DNA of 54,880 nt, filler included, from Basidiobolus ranarum (Eukaryota): NCBI GenBank assembly GCA_040143965.1. It is 2 parts of 2 records of this genome, joined end to end, with 100 filler letters (N's around TTAATTAATTAA, not from the genome) between each part and the next. Parts side by side here need not be neighbours in the genome. Positions count along the whole stretch, not along the records: positions 1 to 27,443 come from JASJQH010000122.1; 1 more part is not named here. One strand, written 5' to 3'. The translations under genes and the position numbers were made by a program. The notes beneath the pieces are model-generated. The model did no database searches. It was not told the origin of the DNA and saw nothing but the letters and a program-made list of their open reading frames with translations. This document shows positions 1 to 13,206 of this stretch, one piece after another. The stretch's first letter is position 1. Every line of letters starts with the position of its first letter.

Positions 1-71
1 CTACCTTGTTTATTTGTCTAGGATGATTATATTAGGCGTCAACTATATTTAGCAAAGATGAATTCCAAGCA

Positions 72-103
72 TGAATGGAAGCGAGTGAATGGAAGCGAGT
101 GAA
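72..103. repeat. 14-bp tandem duplication (TGAATGGAAGCGAG x2 + TGAA)
   Basis: Exact direct repeat read from the sequence in intergenic DNA. Confidence 0.9.
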
Positions 104-657
104 AATGGTATCTTGCATTTATTACGATCATGTCCAAAGCGATTTGTCCGCTGTAGTCACGCTACTAATAGATTAATATGTAATTTAGGATTCAGATAAG
201 ATTTCAATTAGGTTTAGCAAGTGATTCCCCAGTAATAATCAAGTCAGACATGTAATTACACTTGTGACACCTCCAGGCTTCCGGAAGAATCGCCGGTCCC
301 GGTATAACTTGCTTTCTAATCGGTACCTGTACTTGATAGTATACTTGCCAACAGTATGTCTGCTGGCTTCAAACGATTTTGCGAGTGTAAGTTGCAGATT
401 ATAGACGCAAGTACTCCACCTTATGGTAACATGGTGATCATAGCCGTGTTCAAGTGCTAAGCATCAAATAGACCATACCCACGATGTATTCATGTGGTTT
501 ATTATCGATAAAATGAGACATCGGGATGATATAGTGGATTTCATTGCCATTTGCAGCTATTTACGCTTATTTAGCCATGAAAAATAACAAATCAAGTCAA
601 AAACTGGATGATTTATTTAATACATACAAGTATACACATGCATAACATATACAACAT

Positions 658-1625
658 TTAGCTGTAATTAAGCTTGAATTTCTGAATAGGAGTGGGTCTA
701 GGAAGCAAGGACATGCGCTGGAACATAGGAACCTCGACATCCGAAAACGTAGATTCTGGTATTTCGTCCAATTGTAGATCTGGCAAATCTGAATCATATT
801 AGCTTTATAGTAGAAAGATAACTAAAGAGAAAGACAACCAACCATCAAATCCACTTCCGATATCCTCAAAGGCAAATTCTGGTGATTTCGGTTCGTATTT
901 GTCAGCATTCCTGCTCATATAGAAGTCATCTGTAGAAAAGGAAGAGATGAGATTTTCAAAATTGAGGTCAAATCCAGGATCATATGGAAGTTCTAGTTGG
1001 AAATAATATGTTAGCTATACGCGCGTGATTTCTCTAACAAAAGTTCAAGAACCTTCAGTTTTGGGTGGCATGTATTCGATCTCAAAATTTGGCTCTGTGG
1101 GCGCTTGTTGGGCTTCTTCCAATATGTTATCGTCGACGAAAGGATTCGATTCCATTTTCTCAATACTTGTATTCTTCACATTACTAGCTGCCAATAATTT
1201 GTCTTTGAGTAAGCTCCTCTTGAGTGAGCCTCCTAAGGGTGCCTTTTTGTTAGTATCAAAAGGTTTTTGTCCAGTTTTTCCAGGGGCTGGGGTTTTGTTG
1301 GTGATATCCTTCAGAAAGCCACCTTTTCTCACAGTAGTTTCTAATAGGTTTTTCCCTTTCGTTTGAAGTGCGGGTCTATTTTCAGTAGCAATTCTAGTAT
1401 TTTTTTTACCAGTCAAAGCTTTTAGAAAGACTAGTTAATAGACGCGCAAACAATCAACATAATAATCATCAAGAACAGCTTACGAAAAGGAGTTTTAGCA
1501 TTGGGGAAAGGTGTCTTGTTTTTCAATGTGTTGTTAGTGGAATTTTTCAATCCACGTCCGGGTGTTCTGTGGTACATTAACACCTCATTCTCTTTATCTA
1601 TATGTGAGTTTCTTGAGCGTAGCAT
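658..1625 (-). CDS. Securin-like (Pds1/Cut2 family) separase inhibitor, 4 exons (1625-1484, 1430-1053, 992-843, ~789-658)
   Basis: GT-AG introns join into one frame. Basic N-terminus with KEN box (DKENE), RxxL (RPAL) and many TP sites; acidic C-half with EIEYMPPKTE-ELPYDP, resembling the separase-binding segment of fungal securins. Confidence 0.72.
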
Positions 1626-2334
1626 TTTGAAACAAGTGGGTTTAACCTAGGCTCTGAGTAAAATTGTGTGAATAGTGGGGAGTTTCGTGTGTAGCCTTGG
1701 AGTGTGGAATTTTCACTTGTTTACTTTATGTTCGGTGTACCCTGGCAATAAATTAGGGATTAAAAACAAGACATTTGTCAATCACCAATCATATCAGTTT
1801 TTTAGGGTGACTTGATATTTTTAAAAACAGCGATTCAGTGATAGAAACAATAATGAACAATAATCATTGTCGTTGTAAAAGGCCATCAAATTAATCAAAG
1901 CTGCCGATTAATTCGGCTTCATGGCATATCAGAAACGGTATTCGACGATTAAGACGATCCCCGGCAAGTCAAAGCCGGGATCAAGGATAACAGTCTTGAA
2001 GTAATATGAACGAATATATCAAGATGTTTATGAATTGCAACTCGACACGATTACTATATATAATACATGCCACGGTAAAGAAATCTCGACCTATCCAATT
2101 CTAACGAAATGGCTAGTGACGTTGTTTTTCTGCGATAGCATCCTGAGATAGAATCATAATCATGCTTTTGTTTCTGCGCATGTTATTGGAAGCACTCAAT
2201 GGCGTATTTCAATGGGCTCAGCATATAAAGAGATTGATATTTTCAGTTACACTAGGTATTCAGCCCTTGGACTTATTGTGCATTCAACTAATCTTACTTG
2301 TTTCTCATATTCCTACGATATTTGTTTGTTGACA

Positions 2335-2742
2335 ATGAACACTTCAAAGAAAGTTTCTGACTCATCCTCCGAAAACGAGCTAAAGTCCCCCTCTCTTTCT
2401 TCTAAAAGATCCGTTGAGGCTATGCTAAACAATTCTATACTCATAGAGGAAGTCACAATTGAATATAAAGTATCAGAACCCGTTAGAAATAATTACGATA
2501 TTACGTGGGAAGAGTGGTACACTGATGTTTCTGACGAAGAATCGGACGAAGAATGGTTAGAGTCATTTTTGTTGGAACCTAGAATCACCGAGATAGATAT
2601 ATTTGATGATATCTGTAACCAACTGGAGGAAGTCTCCAACGCCATCATTGAGGAGTGTGAAGAGCTTGAAGCATTCTATCGACAGTCTAAAAAACGTTCC
2701 TATGTGACCTTTCGTGAGCGCTTCTCTCATGATTCATGGTGA
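2335..2742 (+). CDS. Hypothetical small acidic protein (~135 aa; ORF could also start at 2212)
   Basis: Open frame MNTSKKVSDSSSENELK...; Ser-rich N-terminus and acidic core (WEEWYTDVSDEESDEEW); no recognisable domain. Confidence 0.5.
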   Translation: MNTSKKVSDSSSENELKSPSLSSKRSVEAMLNNSILIEEVTIEYKVSEPVRNNYDITWEEWYTDVSDEESDEEWLESFLLEPRITEIDIFDDICNQLEEVSNAIIEECEELEAFYRQSKKRSYVTFRERFSHDSW

Positions 2743-3326
2743 ACATTTATTTACTTCCTTGCGCATCCTTGCATTTGTTTCAATCTAAAGGTGTACACCT
2801 CCTTAACACCTAAAGAATATTAAGTCTGTAAATAAAGAGTCGATGAATTACCCACTTGCTATTCCATTCAGTGATATGATAAATTAAACCGGCTCAACTG
2901 CCAAGTCGTGAACGATGGCTACTGTGAACTCTGTAAAGCTAGAAATTCCGTTTCTAAATTTATTGAATATATCCAAGTGAACGTTATAGCATATGTTATA
3001 GCATACACAGCTCATTCAGTTTGATACAAACAGTCCTAATCATTTTTAATAGCAGATTTTCACTCTCGAATTATAGAACTCGCATTCCGATATTAATGAT
3101 GAGCATGTTGATATTTGTTTTTACCGAATTTGGGTTTGATTTTTATAGGATCTAGGATCCTCAATGATCGAGCTATAGCCTTAAATTTCAAGAAAACAAA
3201 ACAAAGGGAAAATACTAGATAGTCCATTGTAAGTAGCTATAGTCAGATAAAAGGTGTGAACTGAAGGAAATTCCAAATTCACAATATTCGAACAATTTTC
3301 ATACAGTTTTGTTACATGATTTCAAT

Positions 3327-6300
3327 ATGCAGACACAGTATTTAGGAAAATTCAAACCATTCGGTACAACACTTTCCAATGTGCCCACCAAGAAAACCGC
3401 CTTTCCTCTTGATCCAACCGACTTGTATTTTCCTACCTTTTCTTCTCTCCCTTTCCCCCCTTCTCCTTCAAATACATATCAATTATACGAGGCGAAAGGT
3501 GGTGGAGAGGAGGAAATATACATAACTCGAACCAGTGTTATTTGGAGTCAAGGCTCGCTATTGAGAAAGAAATTCACTTTTCCTGAGGAGTTACTTCCAA
3601 TCCGTCAAGCTTTTTGGGCATGTTTTGAAGAAAAGAAAATGAGTGATATACTCGAGGCAGATAAAATCGAACAATCGGCTGCCCAGAAGCAGAAGCATAC
3701 CCTTAATGAGCAAAAGCCCGATACAAACATTGATAGGAATAAACAGTCTCAGTATCCTTCGAATTTCAGAAGAGTACTATTCGTACTACTTCGTGATACT
3801 GCTCGAGTTTATTTTGAAAATGGAGAAGCCCATATTATTCACTTACCATTTCCGGTGGCGCAAGTATGGCCATTATCAAACGGTCTACTATTTCAACGAA
3901 GCCTTGACGATAAATCTCACTTGGCACGACCAGAACTTAACCACTTTCCTATATTCTTCACATTGTTAGAACCATTTGAGGAGATGAAGTACCTTACAAC
4001 CCGCTCCGACAAAACCTTACCGCCTCCTTTAATTCAAGATCAGCCGTTCACAGATATGAATCATGTGGTGGTATTTGCAAATGACAAGCCAGATAATAGA
4101 CCCATCATAGTCACGTTCAGCAAATTAACGAAGCAGCATTATATCTGGACTTATAATAGATTTAGTGAAAGTATTGACGAGAAGGTACCTTATTTGCCCA
4201 ACAAAAAAAATCGTAGAGAATCAACCTTAGAATTGGAAAGAGTATGGTCTGGAGAGCCAGAGCAAACTTCAGCCCTTTCCTATAGTTACACAGCACAGAT
4301 GAAGTCGCCTATATCTCTCCAGTTACTCTGGTCAGAGCCATCGTTTAGGTAAGGTTATTCTTCATAGCATGTCTCTGAAAGCTGCGCTGACAACCGTTTA
4401 TCATGTTTAGTCAAGCAGATAATGTTTTTATCTGCCATGATCTAAAAGGAAACGAAGTATTATGCTTTTTGCTTAAAGCTTCGGGATCTTTGCTTGGCTT
4501 TGACATTGATTTTAGTCAGAAGAATTTAGGTAAATCGAAGCAAGTTTTGAGAACTGAAGGGATTGCAGCGATACCTGTTAAATCTATCCGCAAGGAGTTA
4601 GTTGACATTCTCGTACTGAAAGCCAACCATACCTTGCAGTTACAGGTGGCTGGCCAGATTGAGCTTGAATGCACTTTTTCTTCAGATGTTTTAAATTCGG
4701 CCACACCTGAAATGCCTTGTACACCTTCTCGCGGACATTTGGCGGCACCAATGTTCTCCTCTACACCGTGTTCTGATTCGGATATCGACATGGATGTGTC
4801 GATGGACATCAGTCACGATATGTCTTTCAATGAAGAGCCATCTCTATTCGATGCTCAACAGAGCCTTTATGTCAAGAGTATTCAAGATGAAGTTTCAAAT
4901 CGCGTCAACCTCGTACTCTCTGATTCAAGCATGGTTCGAGTTGCCTTGGATTTTGTTCCTAATTCAATGTTGGTACGCCGTTGTCTAGAAGCGCTTAGTT
5001 GTGCTCTTCCTACTGCTACATACAGCAATTTCTTGGCACATTATTTGAAATTGCAATATGGAAATATAGCTGCTGAGGATTTTAGTTCATGTGATGAGTG
5101 GGATATGTTTATTGTTAATTTACTTTATTTTTGTCAAGCACAACCAGCTTCAGGTATGTCAGTCTTCGAAGGTGTTGTCAAACAAGATTCGGATCTTCAT
5201 GTTGATGACAATCCTGTATATGATGACAAAGATGACTGGGAGTTTCTTCTTGACTCTGAATATCACTCAAAGTTCCAACAAAATTTCGGAATGTATCTGA
5301 GCAATTCCCACCTCCCCAATATTCTTAAACAACAATATGCTAGCCTCTATGAAAAGTCTCGAAAAGTTTACACCAAATACCCAATGGTTTCTCAGTTTCC
5401 GAGTTCACTTGCGCAAGTACTTTTCGCCCTTCACTTGATCTACGAAGATGTCAAATTGAGCGCTATCACTCGGCCACTTACTAAGACCCTCTGTCCCTTG
5501 CTTATCCAACTTGCAATGATAATTCGCTGGGATAATTACATTGATTACTACAGACGAGACAACGATGTGGAGCATTATCTTCAGAATGGTAACAATGAAT
5601 ACATATAACTAAGTACACAATTCTTCTATGCTAACTGATTGATTTGGCCTTGTTATCTAGATCTCTGCCTTCAAACACCCCAGGAGTACGAGCCAATCGC
5701 CACTAGTCCACCTAACATTCACCAGTGGGTAATGGACATCCTCAGTTTGAAAGAAATTTCCGATTTTCCATTACCTCATCAAATTCCCGGTCTATTCGAC
5801 CAGAGTGATCTAGATTTTGTACTAAATAGCAATTGCTGCTCACAAACCCGAAAAATCTGTAAACTCTACCGCACATTAGTAACTTGCAAAGCGAATCCCG
5901 AGTCCTTGATCAAGGTAATGATTGAAGAGAATTTCCAGCACAGGAACTTGGATCAGCTCCCATTTGGTATTTCGCTTCCACTTCGGGAGGCTATTCATTA
6001 TTGTCGGAAGAAACCCTCGACTAATTGGCCTATTGATGCTTATAAGCTAATAGGTATTGGTTGACATCTGTTTTTGTAAAGTTGTTCTGTAGAGCTTAAC
6101 GGTTGATCCTTTCTTCTTATTAGGGCGAGAAGATATGGCTGAGCAACTTCGGAGTAACCTGTCGCCTCCGGAATCTTCTGGAAAGCAGCTGGTAAGTTGG
6201 CACCTCAACTCAACAGTCTTTTGCTTACTCTGTTAACCATGACGAATTGATCTTTTAGATAAGCCAACCTTCTGATATCCATAGCATTTGTCAGTCTGTG

Positions 6301-9150
6301 TTACCGGTGCAAGGTTTAAATGGAAATGAAACTGGCGCCGAAATTACTTTGAACGAAATCCCAATGCTCAGGTTCTGTGATGATTTAAGACTCAAAGAAG
6401 TTCAGAGACTACTACAATCCACCAAACCAGTAAAGCTAGTCATTTCAGATCTAGCGGAAACAAGCGAGCATGAAGTGTCTGCTCTTCAACAAGGCCATAT
6501 TGGAGTTCTCTCGCGTCGAACCTACGCATTACCAGTCGGTCGCGGTATTCTGACTTTTGGTACATTTAAACCCAATTTAGCAGAGAAGTACCCTATACCT
6601 GGTATCACTGTTGCCGCTAAAATTCCTCCATTGAACTCAGTGGTAGCTTTGGATACCACACTCTTCCCTCCTGAGTATGAAGAATGGCCTTCTTTCCATG
6701 ACGGTGTAGCAGCAGGATTAAGAATATCACAGTATTGTAGTGAAATCGACGGTTCTTGGATTGTTTATAATAGACCCGATGAGCCGGACAGCAAGCATGC
6801 AGGCCTTCTCTATGCACTGGGTCTAACTGGTCATCTCCGGAGAATGGTTCCATGGCATTCATTCAGTTACTTAACCCACAAGCATGATATGACATCCATT
6901 GGTCTACTCCTTGGTTTATCCTCAGCATATTGTGGCACAATGGACACCACAGTAACCAAACTCCTGGCAATCCATATACCCCCTCTATTGCCACCCGATT
7001 CTTCTGATATTCACCTTTCTCCACTTACACAGGCGGCGAGTCTGTTAGGAATGGGATTGGTTTATTTGGGCACTACACACCGACGAATGGTTGAAGTGAT
7101 GCTTAAAGAAATTGGAAAGAAAACTACTCCATCTACAGAAGCTCATGATCTTCCTGAAAGTATAGCTCTATCGGCTGGAGTTGCACTTGGTTTGATCACC
7201 CTGGGACGAGGCAATGATACTGTAGGGCTTACTGACCTACACATTGTAGAGGAGTTGTGCCGGCTAATGAATGGTGGAAGGCATTTGAATAAGAATGGAA
7301 AGCCGTTAGGCTTTGGTAAATGCTCCGAGTGGAAGGGAAATGAATCCGCTTATATCAATACCGATGTTACCGCGCCTGGTGCCACTCTTGCTTTAGGCTT
7401 GATGTATCTTCGCACCCATAATCAGAGCGTTGCTGACAAGCTTAAAGTCCCAGACAACTGGTCACAGCTTGAAAACATTCGACCTGACTTTGCATCCTTG
7501 CGTATCATCAGTCGTAATTTGATTTTATGGAACTTTATAGAACCTACAGAAGAGTGGATTCAACAGCAAATTCCTAGTTCAATCAGAGTATCATTCAAGA
7601 ATGCTCCCGGCAGCCCTGCTATAAGCTTGCCTCATAGAGAATCCATAAAACGCTTTTATTATTATATTGTTGCTGGGGCCTGCTTCAGCATTGGCTTGAA
7701 ATTCGCAGGGTCCGCGAATGAAACGGCTTTCCGATGCCTATTGGCTAAGTTAGACTACTTCATGTCTTTATCAACAGGTGGTCCATCAGCAGCATTTGAA
7801 GAGAATATTACCAGAAGCACTATTAAATCTTGTCTAGATGCAGTTTGTACATCGGTTGCTTTGGTCATGGCTGGCACAGGGAACCTGGAAGTAATGCGTA
7901 GGCTGCGTGTGCTCCATGGAAGAGTCACGCCAGATGTCACTTATGGAAATCATATGGCATCACACATGGCTCTTGGTCTCCTTTTCCTTGGAGGTGGTAA
8001 TTTCACTTTAGGGAGATCAAACAAAGCTATCGCGGCCCTTGTAATCTCACTCTTCCCTCGCTATCCTAAAGATCCTAGCGATAACCGATCACACCTTCAA
8101 GCACTCAGACACCTTTGGGTTTTGGCAATTGAGCCGCGTTGTTTAGTTACTCGAGATATTGACACTCGAGAGGCCTGTCACATACCAATCTTGGTAAAAC
8201 TTCTCCAAGAAAATGGGGAAACATCGGAACATGAAATGACTACGCCATGTCTGCTACCTGATCTCAAAATTGTACAGTCCATCACCATCAATAGTCCTAG
8301 ATATTGGCCAATCGTACTAGATATTGCTGGAAACGAATTCCACGCAAAGTCACTTTCAAACAATCCAACCATCTTTGTCAAAAGAAAGATTGGACATCTG
8401 TCGTATAACGAGGATCCAAAAGGCTATAGAAGCATTTTAACTCAAGCATTTTCCAAGAATCTGATCTTGAGTAACCTGAAAGGTGCTCCAGCAGTTATTG
8501 AAGATATGAACTTTTTAAAGTCTTTTTCCGCAGACCCACAGCTGCAGGCCTTTGCTCAATATTTCTGTGATATCCAAAACGATAGTACAACTCCTCATGG
8601 TACTAGTCTAACTAACACTGGGCCTGGAGGATTATCGGAATTCTGTCGATCTGTTCTTTACGAGTGTGTAACGAAAGACAAGCCAGAAATTCTTCACATA
8701 TACCTTGCTTTATACCACAGCTTGCAATCTCTACGCAGCCGAGTAGAATCGCATTCATTATGGAATACTAAGATCATCCTTCACTACTACAATTCTCCGT
8801 CTTACCAAAATCTTTGTGAACCTCTTATCCAGCAAGAGTTTAGAGCATATATGGAGAATCAGCTCAGTGATGCCTTCTCCGTAGTCGACGAAAACTCTAC
8901 TTTATCTCAAATAATCAAGCAATATTACAACTGCTTCGAGTTTCCAGTCAATCCACAAGTAGCTCTTGGATATTTCAGAGGATATCTGATATACAACGAT
9001 ATTCCGAATCCGCAAGTGTTAAAGCAAATCTCCGAGTTAGTTAAAAACCAGAACCAAGAAGATCCAAAACAAACGTTACTATTCCTCTCATTAGTACTTC
9101 CACGATTGCCACTTAACGCAGTCAACAGTATTGTTTCATTGATATGTTGA
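3327..9150 (+). CDS. APC1: Anaphase-promoting complex subunit 1, 5 exons (3327-4348, 4411-5588, 5661-6053, 6124-6191, 6259-9150)
   Basis: Large spliced ORF with Apc1 hallmarks: LPFGISLPLREAI, WPSFHDGVAAGLRI, HAGLLYALGLTGHL, PC-repeat helices, YGNHMASHMALGLLFLGGG, HLQALRHLWVLA. Canonical splice sites. Confidence 0.96.
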
Positions 9151-9956
9151 AATGATGGACCAAGCTCTACCAATAACCAAAGCACCTTCTCTTGATGTAT
9201 TCTTGTTCAAAATTGTACGAATATTTTCATTTTTTCTTTAACATAGTTTTTAGGCACTTCTGCATTCATGTTCAGTAATGACTTTTTCGGTTACAAATAG
9301 GTTTTTTGTTGACAACACAAGCTAATCCTGCAGTGTGGTTTGATGCCATTAGATGCTATTGAGTTTACTTTATTTATAGACCATGTTCTCAATCTTCATC
9401 CATGTAGATAGTACGAGGTGGCGGTGGCGGTGACGGTTGAATGTGATAAATAAAAAATCAAAGCCTAACTGTAACAAAGTACATTTGTTCTTATGATATG
9501 TAGCGCTAAATCAAAGCCAAATCAATCCCAAATCAGTGCATGTATTTCGATAATCAATCCTATATTGGTTACAAATATTTGATCCGATCATGATTATAAT
9601 GCAGATATATCATGTGATCTCTCGAGAAATTCTGAAACCCATTGTTGGTTGAGAATCACAACCCTAAATGGAAGATACTGCTTGAAGGAGCGGGGAATGG
9701 ACTAGGCCGATGCACTATGGTGAGAGCATTAATTCACGTGTTGTTCGAAGTGAGATCATGAATTACTTTTATGAACATACATTCCTGAGTAGGACATAAC
9801 TAAAATTTTTCGATATAGCTTTAGTAGGAGATCGAAATCCGGAACGCCACTGTCTGTCCTGTTCTACTCACGCTTTACCTTAAACAAGCCTTTCTAACCG
9901 AAGCACGAGAGGAACAAAGCTTTAACACAAACATCTCCCATCGTCAAAATACAACC

Positions 9957-10984
9957 ATGAAGTTTCTCGAGTTTCCCAGCTTGGATGTTATAAACAAATA
10001 TCTGATTTTCGATACTCCTGATAGTAAGATATATGGAAGAGTAGAAGCATTTTCTTGTATGTATTCAACCCATCATCGACCCTTATTTGTAGAAATATAG
10101 CTGACTCTTTATTTAGGCAAAAGTACAGGTGCCGATAAGAAGTTATTTAAACAACTAGAAACTCGTCACCAAGAAGAACTTACCGCGTACAGTTTATCCC
10201 CAGAGCAAAATCCAAATTTGATTGTGTCCCCATTTGGTCCATTTGATCAGTCCTCATCCAGGAAAACTTTATTTTATTTGATTTCCACTTTGAACGCATC
10301 TTTTCCCGACTATGAATTTAGGTTGGTCGATACTTTTATTTTTTCACTGCATTTCTTATTAACGGCCGTTCTCTTTTTTTAGTGATTTAAAGCCGGAGCA
10401 ATTTAGCAAACAACCTTCTTTACCTATGGTTATGAACTCTATCAACACTACACTGTTTAGCCTTGGACGAGCGGATTTGATTCAAACGCATCGCTTTTGG
10501 GACGTCCTTGACGAGTGTATTACGCTTAGCGATTGCGATGTGTACTCTTATGTACCTGACAATGACTCGGATCCTTTTGCCGATGAAAGCTCTATGTAAG
10601 GATCTCATTATGCTTCCCGTTTATCGGCATACTTTAACTGATCGTATAACATACATTTAGATGGTCGTTCAATTATTTCTTCTTTAACCGTAAGCTGAAA
10701 AGAATACTTTTCTTTACCTGCAGCAGCTTAAGGTATTTATGAATCCAATATATATTTTAAATATTGATATTAATTGTCTTAATGTTGGTTGTAGTTACCA
10801 AGCTCCAGTGCGCGAAGATGATGACATTTCCGAGTCTGGAAGCGATGTTGATAGTCAAAAGTTCGTAATCTCTAAAAACTTCAGGATAATTCAATATGGC
10901 ACATTAACTTACCCAATACTCCATTACTTTTTGTGTAGGGGTTACGCGTATGAAGACTATATTATGCAAGACATGGACGAGTAA
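9957..10984 (+). CDS. MAF1: Maf1, repressor of RNA polymerase III (6 exons; largely missed by the ORF track)
   Basis: Spliced translation MKFLEFPSL...[79 protein letters not shown] (Maf1 A/B/C boxes), followed by an acidic tail. Confidence 0.96.
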
Positions 10985-11765
10985 CAGATATCCCAAAGAG
11001 TTTCTGTTTCCAGCGTTTCTTTATTATTTGGCTTAACTCATATGATCTATCCCAATGGAAGCTCGATTTGTCGTTCAAGTGGATGAGTGGAACCCAGGGA
11101 TAGATTGCTGGCAAATATGAAAGCCACACTTTTCGCACAATTTTATTTTTGGACTTTGGTTTCCAGTACATTTCGTGTTTTTACTTTAGTTTCATAAAAA
11201 ATCCATTTTTTGTTTGTACTCATACTTCACCTATGGATTGAATTCTGGATTAAAACGTAACATAGATCCATGAATCATTTCTCACCTCTCTCTCACTGTT
11301 AATGATGTATATTCAGAGCCATAATAAACATGAAGAATTGAACAAAAAGACCTCTGCTTTTTAGAATTTACTTTGATAGCTCTAACGAACCTGATGAACT
11401 ATACAAAAGATCTATAAATAATTAAAGAGGATGCGAAAGCACATGGGTCAACTTAAAGCGGAAACTAATTACCAGTATAGTCACATTTACTAAAGAAATA
11501 AAGTGACAATACCAAGATCTATTAGAGTATTGGGATTTTCCGAATTTCTGATTTTCTGATTTTCTGATTATCCGCTGCGGTTAGAAAACCATCAATAAAA
11601 GGGGTGACAAATAAAAGAATAGGATAAGGTGTTCCAGTGATATTTACAAAGGTCATAACAGGTACATATTTCAACCGTTCAATTGCTACGGTACATTGGC
11701 AAAGGAAACGGAGAATATTTAAATAACAAGTGTCAAAATCTTCATGAAGATAATAAGACAATAGG

Positions 11766-12573
11766 TTACTGTTGTTGAGCCTCATATTTCATTCGCGCTT
11801 GAGCAAAAAGCATAGCTTGATTACGGAGAAGCTCCTCTTCAGACATACCACTGTTCTCTAGACGTGAGCTTTTACGATCACGATCCTATTTACTGTATGT
11901 AAGAACTTGAACGGATATCTCTAAAATAAAATAACAAATACCTTCTGTTGTTTTTTATGATCTTTAAATACTTCCTGAACCTCTGGCAAGTAATTTTCAA
12001 ACCCAAGAGTCTAAAGTTGATAGTGGAGTGAGAAATGCATGTCAAACATAATCAGTAAAATAATTTTAAAAACCTGTAAAGAAGCAATAACATGTTCTGC
12101 TGCTATGGTTTTCTTGGCCTCCTTTTCACAGATTTCATTTGCTTCAGAAGCAATCAAATGAATGAACTCTAATAAAAACAATTAAGTTATATTGAACGAT
12201 TTATGTATACAACTTGTGATTTTAGTAAAAATCACTTACCGACACAGCAATCTATTAAAAGATCGCGTGTATCTTTAGCACAAACGATATCATCTGGCAT
12301 CATCTCATTTATGAGTTTTTGAACAGTGGCTAAATGTATGTAAAGAAATTAATCATAATGTCAATATGCAAGATTGAGAAAAAAATATATTGACAAAAAC
12401 GCGCCAAATGAATAAGGAAAATGCGCGTTACTATGGAAATGAATCCGAAGCAAATAAGAGAACCATGTAAAAGGGGGCAATCTCTAGAGACGAAAGAAAT
12501 AAATATCAAAAAAATTACCTTTAGGTAAGGACAAATCGTCATCGAGGCCATTTCCCCCTTCGCGATCGCTCAT
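11766..12573 (-). CDS. NCB2: Negative cofactor 2 beta subunit (Dr1/Ncb2), histone-fold transcriptional repressor, 5 exons
   Basis: Spliced translation MSDREGGNGLDDDLSLPKATVQKLINEMMP...RDLLIDCCVEFIHLIASEANEICEKEAKKTIAAEHVI...LENSGMSEEELLRNQAMLFAQAR. Confidence 0.95.
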
Positions 12574-13206
12574 TATATTTTAGTATGTACTTTAGAGGAA
12601 GGTTCAATGAATGCTTGAGGTTGACGAGCAAATACTGTATCAATAGATTGAATTTCGTTTAAAAACAGGCAAAAAAAAAGAATTCGAGATAGACAAAATT
12701 CATTGCAAGGTTCTTAAGTTAGATGGGGGTATTAAGCATTGCATAAAGATGAACGTTAGTTGATTGGATGCTGAATTGGAATTCGGTAAAAAAAGAAACA
12801 ATCGAAAGGATTAATCGATCAGAGTGATGACTTTCACTGATGATTTACCAAGCGTGTATTTATATAAAAGGTTTAGATATTGAAACCTATTTTAGGTTGC
12901 ATCACCGTTTTGCATCGAGTATTATGGGGCTGGGCTGTACCTGATAACGGAGCCTTTTCTTTAAATCATTAGGTCCAGTACATGATACCGTTTCACTTGA
13001 TTCCGTCAATCGGGATCACCCTCAATATGGCTAATCGAGATTGTCAACCAATTATTTACTAACTTGATTGGATAGTAAAGTAGTCCACAGCTTTCATTCA
13101 ACGATTGCAACTCTCGTATCTTCTTGCTAGTATTTTAACAATTGTAGAGTACGCTTTGTAAACCCGTTCTTTCACTATACTCTTAAGCAGGTGAATTGCT
13201 TTCATA

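Noticed and set aside
9680-9860. Possible tRNA or Pol III ncRNA upstream of MAF1 (GTTCGAA; GGAGATCGAAATCC)
   Set aside because: No cloverleaf and no properly spaced A/B boxes could be built.
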